DNA of 51,328 nucleotides, taken from the NCBI GenBank assembly GCA_012519385.1, contig JAAYQI010000126.1, positions 1 to 51,328 of the forward strand, written 5' to 3'. The notes beneath the pieces were generated by a model, which was not told the origin of the DNA, did not search any database, and saw only the letters and a list, made by a program, of their open reading frames with translations. Position 1 is the stretch's first letter. Each line of letters starts with the position of its first letter. Origin of the DNA: Candidatus Epulonipiscium sp. GTDB taxonomy: Bacteria > Bacillota > Clostridia > Lachnospirales > Anaerotignaceae. Shown here piece by piece: positions 37,865 through 45,645 of the stretch. The translations under genes and the position numbers were made by a program.

Positions 37865-37897
37865 AAAAAAAACACTCGAAAAATAAATTCTCGAGTG
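37865..37897 (-). terminator. Orphan intrinsic terminator inside the AT-rich gap
   Basis: Minus strand cactcga-gaatttatttt-tcgagtg followed by 8 T. It lies about 185 nt downstream of the stop of the 97-aa gene. Confidence 0.55.
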
Positions 37898-38082
37898 AAA
37901 TCTTTCGTCAAGTATAATTATGCTCAATTTTCAACACAAACAATACAATCCAGTACCATTTTCCTATGTTATCCGTATCTTTTTTGATTCTTATAAATTT
38001 ATAAGGCAGATATTTATTCTAATACGTTAATTTAAGTATAATGACAACTGTATTTATTTAATTACTACTAAAGTTTTACACT

Positions 38083-38376
38083 TTAGCGAAAGTTCTTTCT
38101 ATTTCTATAACTTTCAAAAATTTCCCACACCAAATCCAATGTTTTTATTTCGTCTTTTGAAGGTTCTGTAATATCTCCCCGATAAATTTTATCCAAAACA
38201 CTTAACCTGTTTAATAATGTAAAGCTCTCAAGTCCACCCTCTCTGATTAAAATAGTCCCCAAGGTTTCTAAACTCTTTTGAGATAAGGACTGCCTGTCAT
38301 ATCCCCGAAACACACTTTTATTTTTCATAATAAAATCAATAATAGAACCTTTTAACAATGCTATTCTTTGTCTCAT
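38083..38376 (-). CDS. Hypothetical small protein (97 aa), no recognisable family
   Basis: ATG 38376 is preceded by AAGGGGGA at good spacing. The product MRQRIALLKGSIIDFIMKNK..LVWEIFESYRNRKNFR is soluble and helix-rich by eye. The ORF-track start at 38451 adds 25 aa without an RBS. Confidence 0.55.
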   Translation of the reverse strand: MRQRIALLKGSIIDFIMKNKSVFRGYDRQSLSQKSLETLGTILIREGGLESFTLLNRLSVLDKIYRGDITEPSKDEIKTLDLVWEIFESYRNRKNFR

Positions 38377-38598
38377 AGTGACATCCCCCTTTATTACTAC
38401 TTCGCTGCTTGATTTATTTTTATCATTCACAAAAAAAGCTACAGATAGCATATTTTATATAGCATTACATATCCTTTTAAAATTGTCAATCTTTTTTATA
38501 AAAGTATGCAAAATTGTACTATTTTACTACAATAACCTAAAATCTACTCTTTTCCGAAATTAAAAATGAAAATATTCCATATTCTTTTAAAAAATTAG

Positions 38599-38627
38599 TT
38601 GACATACCGTTTGCGTTATGATATACT
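38599..38627 (+). promoter_or_regulatory. Consensus-like sigma-A promoter for tRNA-Lys
   Basis: TTGACA, 17 nt spacer, TATACT, about 30 nt upstream of the tRNA 5' end. Confidence 0.7.
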
Positions 38628-38658
38628 TATTTCTGTTGCAAACGAATTATTTTAATAC

Positions 38659-38731
38659 GGGTCACTAGCTCAGTTGGTAGAGCACTGGACTTTTAATCCA
38701 GGTGTCTCGGGTTCGAGCCCCGAGTGACTCA
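38659..38731 (+). tRNA. tRNA-Lys (anticodon UUU), no encoded CCA
   Basis: Cloverleaf folded by hand: acceptor GGGTCAC/GTGACTC (one G-U), D stem GCTC/GAGC, anticodon stem CTGGA/TCCAG with loop CTTTTAA, T stem TCGGG/CCCGA with loop TTCGAGC. 73 nt. Confidence 0.93.
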
Positions 38732-38734
38732 TTG

Positions 38735-38767
38735 ACCGATAACGAATATTTGTTATCGGTTTTTCTT
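38735..38767 (+). terminator. Intrinsic terminator after tRNA-Lys
   Basis: accgataac-gaatattt-gttatcggt followed by TTTTCTT. Confidence 0.8.
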
Positions 38768-38885
38768 ATACGCATTGTTATATGGGATAATATTATTAAC
38801 GAAAAATAATAATGGGGGATTATTTTTTCGTTATTTTTAACTGGTAAATTTATACTGCAAGCAAATTATATTGGGAGGGGACGTA

Positions 38886-39554
38886 ATGAAAAATCCAACC
38901 GTGATATTAACTGATTTAGATAGACTTATATTAGATACGTATGTTTCTACTGCAGATGGAATTGCAGATTTTTGGGGCAGCAGCTGCGAAGTTATTGTGC
39001 ATAGCTTAGAAAGCTTAGAATCTTCTATCATTAAAATTGTAAATGGAAGTCATTCTGGGCGAAGTGTAGGTGCTCCTATTACCGATGTTGCACTGACTAC
39101 TTTAAATGAAATTTCTGAAAATCCTGAAAAAATATATTTCACTTATTTTACGAAAAATAAACGTGGCGAACATATGAAATCATCTATTAGCGCTATAAAA
39201 GGTGAGCATGGCAATATTATTGGTTTATTCTGTATTAACTTTTATTTAAACACACCTTTTAACACTCTTATTCAAAGTTTTTGTGAACCTTCTAGTAACA
39301 ATAACAGCAATAGCCTTCTTTCTGAAACATTTGTAGATAATGCAGAAGATTTAATGCTTAGCGCACTAGAAGAAGCAAAACAAATAGTATATAACGATAT
39401 GACAATTACTTCTTCCAATAAAAATAAAGAGATTGTTTCTCTGCTTTATAGCAAAGGAATCTTTAATTTAAAAGATTCTGTCATCACCATATCCGATAGG
39501 CTAGGCATTTCAAAAAATACTGTTTATATGCATATCCGTAACTTAAATAAATAA
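38886..39554 (+). CDS. YheO/DauR-like transcriptional regulator (PAS-like sensor plus C-terminal HTH)
   Basis: ..CEVIVHSLESLESSIIKIVNGSHSGRSVGAPITD.. matches the YheO-like PAS pattern. C-terminal ..ISDRLGISKNTVYMHIRNL is an HTH. Start at ATG 38886 (GGGAGGGGA upstream). Confidence 0.7.
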   Translation: MKNPTVILTDLDRLILDTYVSTADGIADFWGSSCEVIVHSLESLESSIIKIVNGSHSGRSVGAPITDVALTTLNEISENPEKIYFTYFTKNKRGEHMKSSISAIKGEHGNIIGLFCINFYLNTPFNTLIQSFCEPSSNNNSNSLLSETFVDNAEDLMLSALEEAKQIVYNDMTITSSNKNKEIVSLLYSKGIFNLKDSVITISDRLGISKNTVYMHIRNLNK

Positions 39555-39563
39555 AACACTTTG

Positions 39564-39597
39564 ATACTGCGCGGTTTATCTTCGCAGTATTTTTTTG
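39564..39597 (+). terminator. Intrinsic terminator after the YheO-like gene
   Basis: atactgcg-cggtttatctt-cgcagtat followed by TTTTTT. Confidence 0.75.
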
Positions 39598-39600
39598 CAT

Positions 39601-39637
39601 TAAAATACCCTCTTTGCTAGTCTTGCACAAAGAGGGT
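39601..39637 (-). terminator. Intrinsic terminator after gatB
   Basis: Minus strand accctctttg-tgcaagactag-caaagagggt followed by ATTTTA (short T tract). Confidence 0.55.
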
Positions 39638-39650
39638 TAAATTTTATATC

Positions 39651-41084
39651 TTAAATCTTTTGTAATTCTTCTAGTAAAACCTTAGTAACAATAGCAGGAT
39701 TTGCTTTTCCTTTTAATAGTTTCATGCATTGTCCCATTAAGAATTTTTCAACTTTATCATTGCCGTCTTTCCATTGTGTAATAGAATTTGGATTCTCATC
39801 AATTACTTTTTTTACTACTTCCAATACGACACTATCATCATTTACCATTTTTAAATTATGTTCATTGATATTTTGCTCTGGCTCCACGTTATCTGTAAAC
39901 ATCTTTTCAAATACTTCTTTTGCAGTATTTCTGTTTACCACGCCGCCTTTTACTAAAAGAATCAGCTTTCCTAAGTTGGCAGCATCAAATGTAATATCTT
40001 CTGGCAAAGTATTGGTTTCGGAGGCCATACGAAGCACCTCTCCCATAATCCAGTTAGAAACCTCTTTGGCATTTTCACACACCGCACAGGCACGTTCAAA
40101 TATTTTCACCAAATCTTTAGAGCTTGTAATAATATCTACATCATACTCAGGCAAGCCAAATTCTGCAATATATCTTGCTTTTTTTGCTTCTGGTAACTCT
40201 GGCAGGCTATTCTTCACCCGCTCAATCCATTCCTCAGAAATTTCAATAGGAACCAAGTCTGGCTCTGGGAAGTAGCGATAGTCATGTGCATTTTCCTTGG
40301 AACGCATAGCGTAGCTAGCGCCCTTATTATCATCCCATCTGCGAGTTTCTTGAATCACTTTTTTCCCTTCTTGAATCACTTCAATCTGTCGTGCACGTTC
40401 TCCTTCAATAGCTCTAGCAATCGCCTTAAAAGAGTTGATATTTTTCATTTCTGTTCTGGTACCCAATTCTGTAGAACCCACAGGTCTTACAGAAAGGTTT
40501 ACATCGGCACGCAAAGAACCCTGCTCCATTTTACAGTCAGAAACATCAATGTACTGCAAAATAGCTTTCAGCTTTGTTAAATAAGCAATTACTTCTTCTC
40601 CTGAAGAAAAATCAGGCTCACTTACAATTTCCAAAAGCGGAACTCCGCAACGGTTATAATCTACTAAAGTACAATCATCCCAAGGGTCATGGATTAATTT
40701 ACCCGCATCCTCCTCCATATGAATTTCTTTGATACGGATGGATTTCTTCACACCATTTACTTCAATATCGATATGTCCATTTTGGCAAATAGGCAAATAT
40801 AATTGTGATGTTTGGTATGCTTTGGGCAGGTCAGGATAAAAATAGTTTTTTCTATCAAATTTGTTATACCGTGTAATCTCACAGTTCGTAGCTACGCCAG
40901 TACGGATGGCAAACTCCACCACTTGTTCGTTTAAAACAGGCAATACTCCTGGCATACCACTGCAAATTTCACATACGTGGGTATTGGGGTCTCCACCAAA
41001 CTCCGTTGTACAAGAGCAGAAAATTTTTGTTTTTGTAGAAAGTTCTACGTGAACTTCCAATCCCATGACAGTCTCAAAATCCAT
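39651..41084 (-). CDS. gatB: Asp/Glu-tRNA(Asn/Gln) amidotransferase subunit B
   Basis: 477 aa. MDFETVMGLEVHVELSTKTKIFC.., full-length GatB pattern with a C-terminal YqeY-like tail. Confidence 0.93.
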   Translation of the reverse strand: MDFETVMGLEVHVELSTKTKIFCSCTTEFGGDPNTHVCEICSGMPGVLPVLNEQVVEFAIRTGVATNCEITRYNKFDRKNYFYPDLPKAYQTSQLYLPICQNGHIDIEVNGVKKSIRIKEIHMEEDAGKLIHDPWDDCTLVDYNRCGVPLLEIVSEPDFSSGEEVIAYLTKLKAILQYIDVSDCKMEQGSLRADVNLSVRPVGSTELGTRTEMKNINSFKAIARAIEGERARQIEVIQEGKKVIQETRRWDDNKGASYAMRSKENAHDYRYFPEPDLVPIEISEEWIERVKNSLPELPEAKKARYIAEFGLPEYDVDIITSSKDLVKIFERACAVCENAKEVSNWIMGEVLRMASETNTLPEDITFDAANLGKLILLVKGGVVNRNTAKEVFEKMFTDNVEPEQNINEHNLKMVNDDSVVLEVVKKVIDENPNSITQWKDGNDKVEKFLMGQCMKLLKGKANPAIVTKVLLEELQKI

Positions 41085-41087
41085 GGC

Positions 41088-42560
41088 TTATGCCTCCTTT
41101 CCTGTTTTAAAATTGGGTCTTTGTTTATGAAATGACGTATTGCACTGGAATGCATACCCAGTGTTCAAAAGAGTTTCCTCCGCAAATGCATTACCAATCA
41201 GCTGTAATCCAATAGGAAGCCCTTGGCTGTCAAAACCGCAAGGCACAACTAAGCCTGGTAATCCTGCTAAGTTGACGGATACCGTACAAATATCACTTAA
41301 ATACATTTTCAAAGGATCGCTCAAGCTTTTTCCTATTTCAGGTGCTGTGGTAGGTGCCGTAGGTGTTAAAAGCACATCATATTTCGCAAAAGCGTTATCA
41401 TATGCTTTTTTCATCAATGCTTTCACCTGCAATGCTTTTTTATAATAAGCGTCATAATAACCGCTGCTTAATACAAAAGCACCAATCATAATTCTGCGTT
41501 TTACTTCTGTACCAAAGCCTTGGGTTCTGCTTTGGAAATATAAGTCTGTTAAATCGTCATATTTATCTGCACAATAACCATATTTAATACCGTCATATCT
41601 AGATAAATTACTGCTTGCCTCAGCACAAGCGATAATATAATATGCAGGGATAGCATATTTTAACTCAGACATATGGAATTCTTCTATGGTTGCCCCCATA
41701 CCCTCCAATATTTTTGCGGCTTCATAAATTTTTGCCTTTACATCTGGTTCTGTTCCTTCCCCAATAAAATCGAGAGGAATTCCGATTCTTAAGCCTTTTA
41801 CATTATCTTTCAAAGTAAATTGAGGAGCCGCTTGCTTTACAGAGGTACTATCTTTAGGGTCATGCCCTGCAATGGCTTTATAAACTTCCGCTACGTCCTC
41901 AACATTTTTTCCCAATGGACCGATTTGGTCCAAAGAAGATGCATATGCAATCAAACCATAACGAGAAACAGTGCCATAGGTAGGCTTAAGCCCTGTAATT
42001 CCGCAATAAGACGCAGGCTGACGGATAGAACCGCCTGTATCGGAGCCTAATGTATAAAAGGCTTCTTCTGCGGATACTGCCGCCGCAGAACCACCGCTAC
42101 TGCCGCCAGGTACTCTATTACTATCCCAGGGGTTTTTTACAGCGCCAAATTTTGAAGTTTCAGAAGTACTTCCCATGGCAAATTCGTCCATGTTGGTTTT
42201 GCCTAATAATACCATGCCGGCATCCATCAAGTTTTGCACAGCTTTTGAAGTATAAATCGGCTTAAACCCATCTAACATTTTGGAGGCACAAGAAGTGTTC
42301 ATTCCCTTTACACATAGGTTATCCTTCACAGCAGCAGGTACACCTGCCAATGGAGAAGTAAGTTTTCCCTCGTCAATTCCTTTTTGCACTTCTTCCGCAC
42401 GCTTTAAGGCTTCTTCTTTGCAAACAGTAATATAGCAGTTATATTCACTGTCTCTTTGTTCTATTGTATCCAATGCCGCTTTTGTTGCTTCTGCAACACT
42501 GATTTCTTTTGCTTGTATTTTTTTCCCTAATTCTAGGGCTGTCATCTGACATAAATCCAT
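41088..42560 (-). CDS. gatA: Asp/Glu-tRNA(Asn/Gln) amidotransferase subunit A
   Basis: Amidase signature GGSSGGSAAAV and KDN..V. Start moved to ATG 42560 (AGGAGGG upstream), 14 nt after the gatC stop. Confidence 0.93.
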   Translation of the reverse strand: MDLCQMTALELGKKIQAKEISVAEATKAALDTIEQRDSEYNCYITVCKEEALKRAEEVQKGIDEGKLTSPLAGVPAAVKDNLCVKGMNTSCASKMLDGFKPIYTSKAVQNLMDAGMVLLGKTNMDEFAMGSTSETSKFGAVKNPWDSNRVPGGSSGGSAAAVSAEEAFYTLGSDTGGSIRQPASYCGITGLKPTYGTVSRYGLIAYASSLDQIGPLGKNVEDVAEVYKAIAGHDPKDSTSVKQAAPQFTLKDNVKGLRIGIPLDFIGEGTEPDVKAKIYEAAKILEGMGATIEEFHMSELKYAIPAYYIIACAEASSNLSRYDGIKYGYCADKYDDLTDLYFQSRTQGFGTEVKRRIMIGAFVLSSGYYDAYYKKALQVKALMKKAYDNAFAKYDVLLTPTAPTTAPEIGKSLSDPLKMYLSDICTVSVNLAGLPGLVVPCGFDSQGLPIGLQLIGNAFAEETLLNTGYAFQCNTSFHKQRPNFKTGKEA

Positions 42561-42574
42561 AGTTCTTATCCCTC

Positions 42575-42862
42575 CTATTCTACAGCCTTTGGCACTTTGA
42601 AACATCCATCCTTTTTGTTGGCGGCATTCAAAATAATTTCTTCTCTGTCAACAGAAGGCTTAATCACATCTTCTCTGAAAACATTTTTTACAGGAAAAGC
42701 ATGGCTCATTGCTTCAATACCGTCAGTATCCAGCTCATTCAGTACATCCATATAATCAATAATTTTGCTTAATTCGGCCTTGCTGGCTTCTCTTTCTTCC
42801 CCTGTTATTTTCATACGAGCAAGAACACCAATATAATCAATCATTTCATCGGTAATTTTCAT
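42575..42862 (-). CDS. gatC: Asp/Glu-tRNA(Asn/Gln) amidotransferase subunit C
   Basis: 95 aa with typical GatC layout (..LARMKITGEERE..IIDYMDVLNELDTDGIE..), directly upstream of gatA. Confidence 0.9.
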   Translation of the reverse strand: MKITDEMIDYIGVLARMKITGEEREASKAELSKIIDYMDVLNELDTDGIEAMSHAFPVKNVFREDVIKPSVDREEIILNAANKKDGCFKVPKAVE

Positions 42863-42883
42863 GCTGAACTTCCCTTCCTTTCC

Positions 42884-44212
42884 TTATGGCTCCAGTCTAC
42901 TCATATCCCTAGGGAACATTGCTGCAACCCTAACATTGCTTTCGTCCAAAAGTTTCATGCAAAGTCTTTCTAAGCCAATACCCCAACCACCATGAGGAGG
43001 CATACCATGCTTATGAATCATGAGGTATGTTTTAAAATCTTCAGGATCAAGTCCTTTGCTTTTCATTTTTTCTACTTGCATATCATAATCATGAATTCTC
43101 TGTCCACCTGTGGTAATTTCCATACCTCTGAATAATAAATCAAAGCTCAAGGTATACTTGGAATCCTCTGGGTCATCCATTGCATAGAAAGGACGTTTTT
43201 TCACAGGATAATGGGTTACAAATACAAATTCACTGTTATATTTTTCTGCAAAAAGTTTTGAAATTAATTGTTCTTCTTCTGGTTCCAAATCATATGGGTC
43301 TTTAATTTTACGATTATACTCCTGTGCAATCATTTCTTTTGCATCTTTAAAACGAACAGAAGGAATTTTATCCACAACAGGCAGTGGCACATTTAAAATC
43401 GCCAATTCTCTAGCATACTCTTTCTTTAATAATTCAAGCATATATTTGATGGCACCAGTTTCCACATCCATCAAATCTACAAAGCTATCAATAAAGCCCA
43501 TTTCTATATCCACACCAACATATTCATTTAAGTGACGTGTGGTGTTATGCTTTTCTGCACGAAATACATGGCCAATTTCAAATACTTTCTCAAATACACC
43601 AACTAACATTTGTTTGTAAAACTGAGGACTTTGTGCCAAATATGCTTTTTGACCAAAATAATCTAATTTAAAAATATTGGCTCCACCTTCTGCGCCAGAA
43701 GCCACAATTTTAGGTGTGCTGATTTCCGTAAAACCTTTTTGCATAAAATATTCACGGAATCCTCTTACAACGCCTTCTTGCAGTTTAAAAATAGCTCTTT
43801 CCCGATTGTTACGTAATGTAATAGGACGCAGTGAAATATTGGTTTCCAAAGAAGTACCAAGTTTTCTCTTAGAAAGATTAATTGCAGGAGCTTCTTTGGG
43901 AGCAGATAAAATAGTTACCTCTGTCAAATGCACTTCAAACCCACCAGGGGCTCTATCGTCTTTTTTTAATGTTCCCATTACAGAAATAGACATTTCTGGC
44001 CCTAAGTCATTCATATCAAACTTAGATTCTTCCTTGCTGTATACACACTGTACCAAACCATTTCTTTTACGCAGAGTTATAAAGCCGAAATCACCCATGC
44101 TTTTTACAGAGTAAACCATACCATGTGTTTTAATTTCAGCACCATCTTCCGCCGCAATTAAGTCTGAAATTTCCATATCTTTTGCTTCATAATTGCCTGT
44201 TACAAACTCCAT
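42884..44212 (-). CDS. aspS: Aspartate--tRNA ligase, archaeal/type-2 form, probably non-discriminating (Asp-tRNA Asp/Asn)
   Basis: 442 aa class IIb synthetase. Motif 2 FRAEKHNTTRHLNEY (the HNTTRHL form typical of type-2 AspRS), motif 3 GWGIGLERL. First gene of an operon with gatCAB. Confidence 0.8.
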   Translation of the reverse strand: MEFVTGNYEAKDMEISDLIAAEDGAEIKTHGMVYSVKSMGDFGFITLRKRNGLVQCVYSKEESKFDMNDLGPEMSISVMGTLKKDDRAPGGFEVHLTEVTILSAPKEAPAINLSKRKLGTSLETNISLRPITLRNNRERAIFKLQEGVVRGFREYFMQKGFTEISTPKIVASGAEGGANIFKLDYFGQKAYLAQSPQFYKQMLVGVFEKVFEIGHVFRAEKHNTTRHLNEYVGVDIEMGFIDSFVDLMDVETGAIKYMLELLKKEYARELAILNVPLPVVDKIPSVRFKDAKEMIAQEYNRKIKDPYDLEPEEEQLISKLFAEKYNSEFVFVTHYPVKKRPFYAMDDPEDSKYTLSFDLLFRGMEITTGGQRIHDYDMQVEKMKSKGLDPEDFKTYLMIHKHGMPPHGGWGIGLERLCMKLLDESNVRVAAMFPRDMSRLEP

Positions 44213-44347
44213 TTGTGTTCTCTCCTTTGATTTGCCGTTTCTATTTTATTCCGGTCAGTTTATGACGAAAAATCAAGAATAATATACATAAAAAACCTAT
44301 TTTACTACGATATCATAATTTGATTTCAAAATCAATGTTATTCTTGC

Positions 44348-45469
44348 CTACTCTTCCAAAACAGAATCAATAAATTGTCCATTTTCATAAAAAAGCTCTC
44401 CATCAGCATATATTTTTCCGCATTCTTTCATATCGTTTATCATATCCCAATGGATGGCAGATTCATTTTTTCCGCCTGCTTCCTTAAAAGCCTCGCCAAT
44501 AGCCATATGCATAGAGCCACCTATTTTTTCATCAAAAAGAATATTTTTTGTATGCTTTTGGATTCCATAATTGGTTCCTATGGCAACCTCACCAAAATAT
44601 CTGGAGCCTTCATCGGTATCCAGATAGGATAATAATTCCGATAACTTTTCTTCATTTTTGCAAGAAGCATCTATCACCTTTCCCTTCTCTACGGTAAGGC
44701 GCACTTCCTCAAACTCATGGCCATTGATAATGGATGGATAAGAAAACGTAATAATTCCATTAATATCATTTTCTACAGGAGAAGTGAAAATTTCTCCGTC
44801 TGGAAAGTTTTCTTTGCCACAGCAATTAATCCATTTTCTTCCTGAAATACCCACGGTAATGTCCGTATTTTTTGAAACAATGTGCAGTTCCTTTTTGGTA
44901 TTCAAGTAGTTTATCCATTTTTCATGAAACACTTCCAATTCACGCCACTTTGCCACAGGGTCAGCTTCATTTAAAAAGCCTGCACCATATACAAAATCTT
45001 CGTATTCCTCCAAACTCATACCTGCATTTTGAGCATCTCCATTTGTAGGAAATTGTGTTCCGCACCAACGCAAAGAGCCGTCCCCAACACGCTCGGAATA
45101 GATTCTGCGGTTATCCTTATTGGCAAGGCGTCTCATTTTCAATTTTTCACCAGAAATACTTTGGAAAACTTTGATATTTTCAGAACCCCATGCACTAATC
45201 CAAACATCACTTCTAGCACACTCTCCAAAGCGGTGATTGGGCTGGGCTATTTGCTCTTGAGAACCATTTTTTAATATTTCCGCCTCAATCTCAGGTATAT
45301 CCACGAAATATTTTATAATACCGCCTTTTTTAACTACAGCTCTGGCTACAGCCTTTAAAAAAGGTAGCGCCGCATCTTCTGCCGAGATACAAACCTCATC
45401 CCCTTGTTTTACTTCGGTGGCATAGCATACCAAAACCTCAGCTAGCTTTTCTAAACGATTATCCTTCAT
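44348..45469 (-). CDS. Aminopeptidase, M29 (AmpS/PepS) family
   Basis: 373 aa. MKDNRLEKLAEVLVCYATEVKQGDEV.. and C-terminal ..GGSMHMAIG..HWDMI.. are typical of thermophilic-metalloprotease M29 aminopeptidases. Confidence 0.75.
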   Translation of the reverse strand: MKDNRLEKLAEVLVCYATEVKQGDEVCISAEDAALPFLKAVARAVVKKGGIIKYFVDIPEIEAEILKNGSQEQIAQPNHRFGECARSDVWISAWGSENIKVFQSISGEKLKMRRLANKDNRRIYSERVGDGSLRWCGTQFPTNGDAQNAGMSLEEYEDFVYGAGFLNEADPVAKWRELEVFHEKWINYLNTKKELHIVSKNTDITVGISGRKWINCCGKENFPDGEIFTSPVENDINGIITFSYPSIINGHEFEEVRLTVEKGKVIDASCKNEEKLSELLSYLDTDEGSRYFGEVAIGTNYGIQKHTKNILFDEKIGGSMHMAIGEAFKEAGGKNESAIHWDMINDMKECGKIYADGELFYENGQFIDSVLEE

Positions 45470-45503
45470 GGTTGTCCTTCTTTCACAAAAATATTTACTA
45501 AAA

Positions 45504-45533
45504 ATTATAGCACTTCTCCATATCCTATGGCAA
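45504..45533 (-). promoter_or_regulatory. Sigma-A type promoter (extended -10) for the M29 aminopeptidase gene
   Basis: Minus strand TTGCCA, 18 nt spacer ending in TGc, TATAAT. Confidence 0.6.
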
Positions 45534-45645
45534 CATTTATTCCAATTCTACCCTATTTCCTGCTCCAAAATGCTTCTGATAAAAAATAAAACCAGTGTAA
45601 ATGCTAGAAAACACTGCATTTTCACCAGTTTTATTGTGCGAAGAA

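Noticed and set aside
37691-37987. 98-aa plus-strand ORF (GTG start) in the AT-rich gap.
   Set aside because: No RBS. The product is dominated by Phe/Leu/Lys/Asn as expected from random AT-rich sequence, and it runs through a minus-strand terminator hairpin. Most likely spurious, though I cannot exclude a small membrane protein.
37456-38082. Possibility of a large structured ncRNA (ROOL, GOLLD or OLE type) near the tRNA gene.
   Set aside because: The stretch is extremely AT-rich with almost no G+C-rich pairing segments, and I could find no nested helices. Ornate RNAs in AT-rich genomes stand out as relatively GC-rich, which this region is not.
38659-38767. tRNA-Lys as an integration site of a mobile element.
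   Set aside because: No integrase, no phage or conjugation genes nearby, and I found no duplicated copy of the tRNA 3' end in the flanking DNA.
44213-44347. T-box leader upstream of aspS.
   Set aside because: The spacer is only 135 nt. There is no T-box consensus (AAUNNGGUGGUACCGCG-like) and no terminator/antiterminator pair. It contains only a TTGATTT-tg-AAATCAA palindrome.
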